Source: Longimicrobiales bacterium
Lineage (GTDB): Bacteria; Gemmatimonadota; Gemmatimonadetes; Longimicrobiales; Gaopeijiaceae
DNA length: 64,000 nucleotides
Assembly (NCBI GenBank): GCA_965238005.1
Contig: OZ250165.1
Location: 1,024,001 to 1,088,000, forward strand
Reading direction: 5' to 3'
Shown piece by piece: positions 9,013-15,578 of this stretch. The notes under the pieces were generated by a model. The model was given only the letters and a program-made list of their open reading frames with translations, searched no databases and was not told the origin of the DNA. Both the position numbers and the translations under genes were made by a program. How positions within the stretch are numbered: the first letter of the stretch is position 1; each line of letters opens with the position of its first letter.

Positions 9013-11126
9013 TGTCCGATCACGCTTCGGTGGTCGCGCAGGAACTCGGAGCGGCCGTCCAGCAGGTGCGGGCGACCTCCGAGCTCCTGACCAGCGGGGC
9101 GACGGTGCCTTTCATCGCCCGATACCGGAAGGAGGCCACAGGGTCTCTGGACGAGGTGGCGGTAGCCGCCGTCCGGGACCGCATGGCGCAGCTGGCCGAG
9201 CTCGACAAGCGCCGTGACTCGATCCTGGATTCGCTCTTGGAGAGAGGTCTCCTCGACGACGAGCTCCGACGTCGCGTCGTAGGCGCCGAGACCCTGCCGG
9301 CCCTCGAGGACGTCTATCTGCCCCACCGCCCGAAGCGGCGCACCCGGGCCATGGTGGCGAGGGAGCGGGGCCTGGAGCCTCTGGCGAAGGCCCTCTGGGC
9401 GCAGACCGGCGAATGGATCGACGTGGCGGTCTTCGTGGATCTCGAGCACGAAGTCGAGGACCGCGATGCCGCCCTCGCCGGAGCCAGGGACATCATCGCG
9501 GAAGACGTCAGCGAGGACCCGGAGGTCCGCCGCGATCTGCGTCATCTCTTCACCCAGCGAGCGCTCCTCGTCTCCACGGTGGTCAAGAAAAAGCAGGCCG
9601 AGGCGTCGAAGTTCCGGGACTATTTCGAGTGGTCCGAACCCCTTTCCCGGGCGCCGTCCCACCGGATCCTCGCCATCCTGCGGGGGAGCAACGAAGGCTT
9701 CCTCCGGGTGCAGGCGAGACCCGACGAGGCCGACGCCTTGGTGAGGCTGAGGCGGCGCCACCTGCGCGGGCACGGCTTCGACGGGGAGGAGGTAGGCCGC
9801 GCCCTCGACGATGCGTACAAGCGTCTGCTTCTCCCCAGCCTCGAGCGTGAAGCGCTGAAGGGGGCGAAGGCCCGCGCCGACAAGGATGCCATCCGGATCT
9901 TCGTCACGAATCTCCGTGAGCTCCTCATGGCGCCGCCCTTTCGGAACATACGGATGCTCGCCATAGACCCTGGCTTCCGGACCGGGTGCAAGGTCGTGGC
10001 GCTGGATGCCCAGGGAGCGCTCCTGCACAACACCACCGTATTTCCCACCCAGGGTCGGGGCCGGCGCGAGGCAGCCGAGCGGGTCGTCCGGGATCTCGTC
10101 CAACGCTTCTCCCCGGAGGCTGTCGCCGTCGGCAACGGCAAGGCGGGACGAGAGACCGAAGCCTTTATCAAGGACCTGGCCCTCGGGCCCACGGTGATCA
10201 TGGTCGACGAGAGCGGTGCGTCCATCTACAGCGCCAGTGACGTGGCCCGCGAGGAGCTGCCCGAGCACGACCTGACGGTCCGGGGTGCGGTCTCCATCGG
10301 GCGTCGCCTCCAGGATCCCCTGGCCGAGTTGGTGAAGATCGACCCCAAGTCCATCGGCGTAGGCCAGTACCAGCACGACGTGGATCAGACTGCGCTCAGA
10401 TCGGCGTTGGAAGACACCGTGGTGAGTTGCGTCAACGCGGTGGGCGTGGACCTCAACTCCGCCAGCGCGTCCCTTCTCACCTACGTGGCAGGGCTTGGGC
10501 CCGTGCTGGCCAAGAACGTCGTGCGCTGGCGTGACGAGAACGGCGCCTTTCGGACCCGGCGAAACCTGCTGAAGGTACCGCGGCTGGGCGGCAAGGCATT
10601 CGAGCAGGCGGCGGGCTTCCTCCGCATTCCCGACGGGTCACACGCTCTGGATGCGAGCGGCGTGCACCCGGAGCGCTACGCCCTGGTGGAACGTATGGCC
10701 AAGGACCAGGGATGTTCGGTAGGGGACCTGCTCACCGACCCGGGGCGCCGGAGCCGCATCGTCCTCGATCGCTACCTCGGTGAGGGTGTGGGCCGCCCCA
10801 CCCTGGACGACATCCTGGATGAGCTCGCCCGTCCGGGACGAGACCCCCGTCCCGCTTTCGAGGCCTTTTCCTTCGGCGACGTCCACGCCATCAGCGACTT
10901 GAAGCCCGGCATGGTTCTGCCCGGCATCGTCACCAACGTCACGGCCTTCGGTGCCTTCGTGGACATCGGCGTCCACCAAGACGGCCTCGTCCACGTGAGT
11001 CAACTAGCGGATCGCTACGTGAAGGACCCCAACGAGGTCGTCCGCATGCGTCAGCAGGTCCAGGTGCGCGTCCTCCAGGTCGACGTCGAGCGGAAGCGCA
11101 TCGGCCTTTCGATGAAGGAGGGGTAG
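9012..11126 (+). CDS. tex: Tex family RNA-binding transcriptional accessory protein
   Basis: GATVPFIARYRKE, IDPGFRTGCK, DPKSIGVGQYQHD, C-terminal S1 domain. Confidence 0.95.
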   Translation: MSDHASVVAQELGAAVQQVRATSELLTSGATVPFIARYRKEATGSLDEVAVAAVRDRMAQLAELDKRRDSILDSLLERGLLDDELRRRVVGAETLPALEDVYLPHRPKRRTRAMVARERGLEPLAKALWAQTGEWIDVAVFVDLEHEVEDRDAALAGARDIIAEDVSEDPEVRRDLRHLFTQRALLVSTVVKKKQAEASKFRDYFEWSEPLSRAPSHRILAILRGSNEGFLRVQARPDEADALVRLRRRHLRGHGFDGEEVGRALDDAYKRLLLPSLEREALKGAKARADKDAIRIFVTNLRELLMAPPFRNIRMLAIDPGFRTGCKVVALDAQGALLHNTTVFPTQGRGRREAAERVVRDLVQRFSPEAVAVGNGKAGRETEAFIKDLALGPTVIMVDESGASIYSASDVAREELPEHDLTVRGAVSIGRRLQDPLAELVKIDPKSIGVGQYQHDVDQTALRSALEDTVVSCVNAVGVDLNSASASLLTYVAGLGPVLAKNVVRWRDENGAFRTRRNLLKVPRLGGKAFEQAAGFLRIPDGSHALDASGVHPERYALVERMAKDQGCSVGDLLTDPGRRSRIVLDRYLGEGVGRPTLDDILDELARPGRDPRPAFEAFSFGDVHAISDLKPGMVLPGIVTNVTAFGAFVDIGVHQDGLVHVSQLADRYVKDPNEVVRMRQQVQVRVLQVDVERKRIGLSMKEG

Positions 11127-11184
11127 GGGCGCGTCGGTCCCCTCGCCACCGAAGCGCCCGAGGCGCCTCCGTGAAACCAAGGGG

Positions 11185-11213
11185 TTGACACTTCCGTACG
11201 ATGCCGTTAGATA
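11185..11213 (+). promoter_or_regulatory. Putative sigma70 promoter of leader/tRNA array
   Basis: TTGACA - 17 nt - TAGATA. Confidence 0.45.
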
Positions 11214-11345
11214 GGTCGCCTGGGAGTCGCGTCCCGATGCAGTCAGCCCGGCCACGGCCGTGCTGGTGAGGCGTCGGCGGCGCGATTTTTTTCGCCCTTG
11301 GGCGTGATAGAACGACAGACGGAAACGAGAAAGAGGCACGATTCG

Positions 11346-11597
11346 ATGTTGAGGCAGATCGACAAATCAGAGCGCATCCAACGGCGATGGGTCCCCGCTG
11401 TGGGCGCCCTTACGCCCGGACGGCGCCTCGTAGCGCCGCGATCGGCGTGGGCCGAGGCTGCGCTCGGGATAGGGCCGAATCGATCCGAGCCGAGGAGCCA
11501 CATGAGGCATAGCAGACAGGATAGCAACGTCGCCCAACCGGAATACCGGCCAGCGACAGGAAAGAGACGCGCAGGATGGGAGGGAACCGTGCACTGA
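11346..11597 (+). CDS. Putative leader peptide (uORF, 83 aa) of tRNA array
   Basis: AAGAGG upstream of ATG; stop lies about 26 nt before a terminator; last codons overlap an antiterminator strand. Confidence 0.45.
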   Translation: MLRQIDKSERIQRRWVPAVGALTPGRRLVAPRSAWAEAALGIGPNRSEPRSHMRHSRQDSNVAQPEYRPATGKRRAGWEGTVH

Positions 11598-11623
11598 GTA
11601 CGGGCCCCGACGGGATCTGCCCG

Positions 11624-11661
11624 AACGCCCCACCTGCGCAGGAAGCGGGTGGGGCGTTTTT
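11624..11661 (+). terminator. Intrinsic terminator/attenuator upstream of tRNA array
   Basis: AACGCCCCACCTGC-GCAGGAA-GCGGGTGGGGCGTT followed by TTT. Confidence 0.75.
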
Positions 11662-11807
11662 CGTTCAGCGCCCACCCGAGCTGTTTGAAAACGATGCATG
11701 CGCGCCGGCGTTCCAAGCGCCCGGCGGCGTGTGGTGCTGAAAGAAAGAGACGCGACTCCCTGGACGCACCGCACGTCGTCGGTGCGTTTGGGCGGACCAG
11801 CAGACAA

Positions 11808-11927
11808 GGGGGCTGTAGCTCAGTCGTTAGAGCACTAGCCTCACCATTCATTCGCCCGCTTCTCGCGGGCCGAAGGCAGAGGATTATCGGAACCAAGTGG
11901 TCGCGGGTTCGAGTCCCGCCAGCCCTC
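11808..11927 (+). ncRNA. Y RNA (YrlA)-like tRNA mimic
   Basis: Acceptor stem, D arm (GCTC/GAGC), T arm (GCGGG-TTCGAGT-CCCGC); anticodon arm replaced by a ~60-nt stem with GCCGAAGG and a bulged C. Confidence 0.6.
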
Positions 11928-11994
11928 CTGCCTCTGTCTGATCGCCGGAAACAAGCTGCGTGAGCAGCGGCATCACTAGGTCTTGTGAGTTGTT

Positions 11995-12067
11995 TGCAGG
12001 GTAGGTGAGAGGCACCTCTCCGGGTCTCATGACGCGGAAACCGTGGGTTCGATTCCCGCCCCTGCGA
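11995..12067 (+). tRNA. tRNA-Met(CAT), degenerate
   Basis: TGCAGGG/CCCTGCG acceptor, CTCATGA loop, T loop TTCGATT; anticodon stem imperfect. Confidence 0.55.
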
Positions 12068-12072
12068 TCTAT

Positions 12073-12156
12073 GCCCCCGTGGCGGAACTGGTATACGCGG
12101 CCGGCTCAGACCCGGCTCCCGCATTCGGGTCGCAGGTTCGAATCCTGCCGGGGGTA
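12073..12156 (+). tRNA. tRNA-Leu(CAG)
   Basis: GCCGG-CTCAGAC-CCGGC, long variable arm, TTCGAAT. Confidence 0.9.
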
Positions 12157-12223
12157 CTGGGGTCGGGGCTAGCCCCTGCCGGAAGAATGCCGGCAAGAAG
12201 CCCGGTGAGGAGGAGGGAACTAT

Positions 12224-12307
12224 GGATGGTACCGTCGCATGGGCGGCAACCGGTCTTGAAAACCGGGGCGGCGTAACGGCTGGGGGGTTCGACTCCTCTG
12301 CCTTCCT
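12224..12307 (+). tRNA. tRNA-Ser(TGA)
   Basis: CCGGT-CTTGAAA-ACCGG, long variable arm. Confidence 0.8.
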
Positions 12308-12313
12308 CTTCTT

Positions 12314-12397
12314 GGAATGCGAGTCGCATGGTGCGCAAGGTGGTTGCTAGCCACTGAGGGGCTCACGCCTCGTCAGGTTCGATTCCTGGGCATTCCT
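12314..12397 (+). tRNA. tRNA-Ser(GCT)
   Basis: GGAATGC/GCATTCC acceptor, GGTGG-TTGCTAG-CCACT, long variable arm. Confidence 0.8.
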
Positions 12398-12403
12398 CTT
12401 TGG

Positions 12404-12474
12404 AGCGGTATGGGAGCGGTCTCCCGCCGGGTCTCATGAGCCTGGCCTGGTCGGTTCGACTCCGACTGCCGCCA
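12404..12474 (+). tRNA. tRNA-Met(CAT), initiator-like 1:72 mismatch
   Basis: A1xC72 mismatch, CGGGT-CTCATGA-GCCTG, GTCGG-TTCGACT-CCGAC. Confidence 0.7.
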
Positions 12475-12475
12475 T

Positions 12476-12548
12476 GTGGCCGAGGTCAAACAGGTTGCGG
12501 CACCGGGTTGTGAGCCCGGGGAAGTGGGTTCGAGCCCCACCGGCCACC
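12476..12548 (+). tRNA. tRNA-His(GTG)
   Basis: GTGGCCG/CGGCCAC plus C73, CCGGG-TTGTGAG-CCCGG. Confidence 0.8.
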
Positions 12549-12549
12549 T

Positions 12550-12623
12550 TGGGGTGTGATCGTGACTGGTAACGATCCGGTCTCTTAAACCGGTCCATGT
12601 GGGTTCGAGTCCCACCGCCCCGA
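12550..12623 (+). tRNA. tRNA-Lys(CTT)
   Basis: CCGGT-CTCTTAA-ACCGG, GTGGG-TTCGAGT-CCCAC. Confidence 0.8.
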
Positions 12624-12627
12624 CTAT

Positions 12628-12699
12628 AGACCTGTAGCTCAGCGGTAGAGCATCCGTCTAATACGCGGAAGGCCGAAGGTTCGACTCCTTCTGGGTCTA
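12628..12699 (+). tRNA. tRNA-Ile(AAT)
   Basis: Canonical cloverleaf; TCCGT-CTAATAC-GCGGA gives anticodon AAT. Confidence 0.8.
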
Positions 12700-12703
12700 C
12701 TAT

Positions 12704-12863
12704 TGGAGTGTGGCCGATGTGGCAAGGCACTCGGTTGTTAGCCGAGACCATGTGGGTTCGAGCCGAGCGGTCCAGATGTCTACCGCATATGTGGCCCAGT
12801 TCATCTTCCGCGAGACGACTGAGGATTTCCGAAGGCGACCGCAGGTCAATCCCACCGCTCCAG
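12704..12863 (+). tRNA. tRNA-Asn(GTT) interrupted in T loop by 87-nt insert (12762-12848)
   Basis: TGGAGTG/CGCTCCA acceptor, CTCGG-TTGTTAG-CCGAG, GTGGG-TTCGA[insert]AT-CCCAC. Confidence 0.85.
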
Positions 12864-12866
12864 CTT

Positions 12867-12941
12867 GGTCTTGTGGGGGAGTCAGGAGTCCCCGCCTGGT
12901 TGTCAGCCAGGAGATCGTGGGTTCGAATCCCACCAGGACCG
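12867..12941 (+). tRNA. tRNA-Asp(GTC)
   Basis: CCTGG-TTGTCAG-CCAGG, G73. Confidence 0.9.
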
Positions 12942-12962
12942 CTGCTTTATAGGCGATTTTTT

Positions 12963-13034
12963 GCCCCCTTCGTCTAATGGCTAGGATTGCGGCCTTTCAC
13001 GCCGCAGAAGACGGATCGAAACCGTCAGGGGGTA
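12963..13034 (+). tRNA. tRNA-Glu(TTC)
   Basis: GCGGC-CTTTCAC-GCCGC; atypical T loop ATCGAAA. Confidence 0.85.
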
Positions 13035-13037
13035 TCT

Positions 13038-13118
13038 GGAGGGGATGCCCCGGCGGTGGGGCAGCGGCCTGTAAAGCCGTGGCCATCGAGCAGGTTGGTT
13101 CGACTCCAACCCCCTTCA
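13038..13118 (+). tRNA. tRNA-Tyr(GTA)
   Basis: GCGGC-CTGTAAA-GCCGT, extended variable region. Confidence 0.8.
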
Positions 13119-13122
13119 CTAC

Positions 13123-13282
13123 AGAGTGGTAGCTTAGCGGCTAGAGCACGTGGTTCGGGACCACGGTGGCGTCGGTTCGAGCCGAGGCGGAGGTATGCTT
13201 ATCCGCGGTGCGGGCTAGAGGCAGACCGCCGAGACGAGCGAGGATCGCCGAAGGCGACCGCAGCTCAATCCGACTCACTCTA
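13123..13282 (+). tRNA. tRNA-Pro(CGG) interrupted in T loop by 87-nt insert (13181-13267)
   Basis: AGAGTGG/TCACTCT acceptor, CGTGG-TTCGGGA-CCACG, GTCGG-TTCGA[insert]AT-CCGAC. Confidence 0.85.
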
Positions 13283-13353
13283 TGACCCGTCGTCCAGCGG
13301 CAGGACACTGGGCTCTGAACCCAGAGACATAGGTTCGAATCCTATCGGGTCGG
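13283..13353 (+). tRNA. tRNA-Gln(CTG)
   Basis: CTGGG-CTCTGAA-CCCAG, ATAGG-TTCGAAT-CCTAT. Confidence 0.9.
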
Positions 13354-13358
13354 TTTAT

Positions 13359-13433
13359 GCACCGTGCGTCGTGCGCTGGGCGCAGGCGGGGCTCCAAACC
13401 CCGCCTTGCTGGGTTCGATCCCTGCCACGGGCT
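13359..13433 (+). tRNA. tRNA-Trp(CCA), degenerate
   Basis: CGGGG-CTCCAAA-CCCCG; imperfect acceptor, D and T stems. Confidence 0.6.
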
Positions 13434-13436
13434 CTC

Positions 13437-13507
13437 CCTCGCCGGGGGAATGGTCGGCATCGGGACTACGAATCCTGATTGCGGTGGTTCGACTCCACCC
13501 GCGAGGA
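13437..13507 (+). tRNA. tRNA-Arg(ACG), degenerate D arm
   Basis: CGGGA-CTACGAA-TCCTG, GGTGG-TTCGACT-CCACC. Confidence 0.65.
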
Positions 13508-13508
13508 C

Positions 13509-13577
13509 TGCTCCAGGGAAGGATTCCCCTCCGGGCTTCCGAAGCCTGGATGTCCGGTTCGAGTCCGGATGGGGCGA
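13509..13577 (+). tRNA. tRNA-Arg(CCG), shortened D arm
   Basis: CGGGC-TTCCGAA-GCCTG, TCCGG-TTCGAGT-CCGGA. Confidence 0.6.
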
Positions 13578-13609
13578 TACGGTTCGAGTCCGACTCAGAT
13601 CTCTCTCAT

Positions 13610-13685
13610 GCTCCCTTAGCTCAGTCTGGCCAGAGCGGCAGGCTTACATCCTGCGCCGGCGGAGGTTCGAATCCTTCAGGGAGTA
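13610..13685 (+). tRNA. tRNA-Val(TAC)
   Basis: GCTCCCT/AGGGAGT, GCAGG-CTTACAT-CCTGC. Confidence 0.9.
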
Positions 13686-13748
13686 CTGACCCGTAGCCCC
13701 TCTCGGCACTTTGCGGGCGTATTCAGCTTCGGCGACGCCCGCCCCCAA

Positions 13749-13900
13749 CTGGAAGTGGCGCAGCGGCTAGCGTACCTGCTTCGGACGCAGGGGGTCGGTG
13801 GTTCGAGCCGAGCGGTCAGTCAGTGCTCGAAGGGCACGGCGGTCTCTGCGAGACCAGCGAGGAGGGCGAAGCCCGGCGCAGCTGAATCCACCCTTCCAGA
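13749..13900 (+). tRNA. tRNA-Pro(CGG) interrupted in T loop by 79-nt insert (13807-13885)
   Basis: CTGGAAG/CTTCCAG plus A73, CCTGC-TTCGGAC-GCAGG, GGTGG-TTCGA[insert]AT-CCACC. Confidence 0.85.
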
Positions 13901-14084
13901 CTCCTGCCTTCCCCGTCACTCCGGACGGTACGGGGCCGTCCATCAACGTTCTCGCATAGCCGTCCTCATGATGTACATGGCATGTACTGTACATGTCCTA
14001 GAATGTCATTTTACAGACTCGAAATCGTTGGGTCACGCCGTGCTGTTGCCCATGCAAACTGTTGGTCTACAAGCAGTTAGATCG

Positions 14085-15578
14085 TGAGATGGTACCTCAC
14101 CACTGATAGGTAACGCTTTTCTCACCCCTGATGGGTGACAGTCTCGACCCGTAACGTGGCGCTCCTTCGACACGCTCTTGGAGCTGCCCATGCCATGGTT
14201 GGAGACCGATCCCATGAACGAACGCAAGCGATTCATCCTCGAGGCCACCGCGAGCCTCTTCTCCCACTCCGAACTCTGCCGACGCTACAACATCAGCCGC
14301 AAGACGGGCTACAAGTGGCTCGAACGATACGAGACCCAAGGACCCGACGGGCTGCTCGACCGCTCCCATCGGCCCCATTGCTGTCCCCACGCTACTGAGC
14401 CCCACATCCTCGAGGCTGCCTTCGAGCTCCGCCGTCGTCGACCCCGGTGGGGAGCTGCCAAGATCCTAGGCCGCCTCCTCGAGGTGCACCCCGACTGGTC
14501 GCTACCCGCGCCCCAGGTCCTGCACAGACACTTCCTGCGCGAGGGCCTGGTCAACAAGCTGCGGCGCCGACGTAAATCCTCTCATCCCGGTCGACCCACC
14601 GCGCCCTTCGATGCGCCCAACTCCATCTGGTCCGCCGACTTCAAGGGGCAGTTCAAGACCCTCGACGGCGTCTACTGCTACCCGCTCACCGTCCAGGATG
14701 GCTTCAGCCGCTACCTGCTCGCTTGTCAGGGCCTCTCAGGGACCACCTACGCCGGTTCCAGACGTGTTTTCACCCGCCTCTTCCACGAGTTCGGGATCCC
14801 CGACCGCATCCGTACCGACAACGGTACTCCCTTTGCCTCCATAGCCTTAGGGCGCCTCTCCAGGCTCTCCGTCTGGTGGATCAAGCTCGGCATCCTGCCC
14901 GATCTCATCGAGCCCGCATCTCCCCAGCAGAACGGCCGCCACGAACGCATGCACAAAGACCTCAAGGCTGAGGCCACCATCCCGCCCGCCGGAAACCGAT
15001 CCGCTCAGCAGAAACGCTTCAATGCCTTCCGCATTGATTTCAACGAGATCCGGCCCCACGAGGCCCACGGCCAGAGGCCGCCCGCCTCCGTCTACGAGCC
15101 CTCAACCCGTCCCTTCCCCAGCAAGCTCTTGACCCCCGACTACCCCGCCCACTTCGAGACCCGTAAGGTCTCCATCAACGGCGGCATCCGATGGCACTCC
15201 GCCTGGGCCAACGTCTCTCATCTGCTCGGCGGCGAATACATTGGCCTCGAGGAGGTCGCCGACGATGTCTGGGCTGTCTACTTCGGTCCCGTCGCCCTCG
15301 GTTGGCTTCACGTCCGAAAAGCTGCCATCCTCGATCACGATGGCTCCTCGTCCCGTAATCCACGACGCTGAGGCCGCGTGAACTGCCCAGCCCCTCAGAC
15401 GTCGACGCGAACCGCTACCTTCGTGGAACTCCGCTCGCTTCTACTCCCCTGCGCTCCGGCGCAGCGGAAGCTTCTGACTCCACCGGTGGAGGTAACAAAA
15501 AAAACAGCAGCTTACCTGACAAGAACTGTCACCCATCAGGGGTGTGTAACTGTTGGTACCCATCAGGGGTACCGCTCA
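14085..15578 (+). mobile_element. IS481-family insertion sequence
   Basis: Imperfect terminal IRs (TGAG..GGTACC...CACCCCTGATGGGTGACAGT) with internal repeats; no target duplication visible. Confidence 0.8.
14190..15371 (+). CDS. IS481-family DDE transposase
   Basis: HTH ISRKTGYKW, WSADFKG, IRTDNG, PQQNGRHERMH. Confidence 0.92.
   Translation: MPWLETDPMNERKRFILEATASLFSHSELCRRYNISRKTGYKWLERYETQGPDGLLDRSHRPHCCPHATEPHILEAAFELRRRRPRWGAAKILGRLLEVHPDWSLPAPQVLHRHFLREGLVNKLRRRRKSSHPGRPTAPFDAPNSIWSADFKGQFKTLDGVYCYPLTVQDGFSRYLLACQGLSGTTYAGSRRVFTRLFHEFGIPDRIRTDNGTPFASIALGRLSRLSVWWIKLGILPDLIEPASPQQNGRHERMHKDLKAEATIPPAGNRSAQQKRFNAFRIDFNEIRPHEAHGQRPPASVYEPSTRPFPSKLLTPDYPAHFETRKVSINGGIRWHSAWANVSHLLGGEYIGLEEVADDVWAVYFGPVALGWLHVRKAAILDHDGSSSRNPRR

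Noticed and set aside
12224..12307. tRNA with TGA as a possible selenocysteine or suppressor tRNA
   Set aside because: Anticodon TGA reads UCA (Ser); tRNA-Sec would need anticodon TCA.
12812..12848. CTGAGGA...GAA in insert 1 resembling a hammerhead ribozyme core
   Set aside because: The other two inserts have GCGAGGA, the CT is part of a covarying stem, and no GAAA/UH junction is present.
11243..14087. Many short ORFs over the tRNA array
   Set aside because: They are shadow translations of tRNA genes (for example GFEP and GSNP motifs from T arms).
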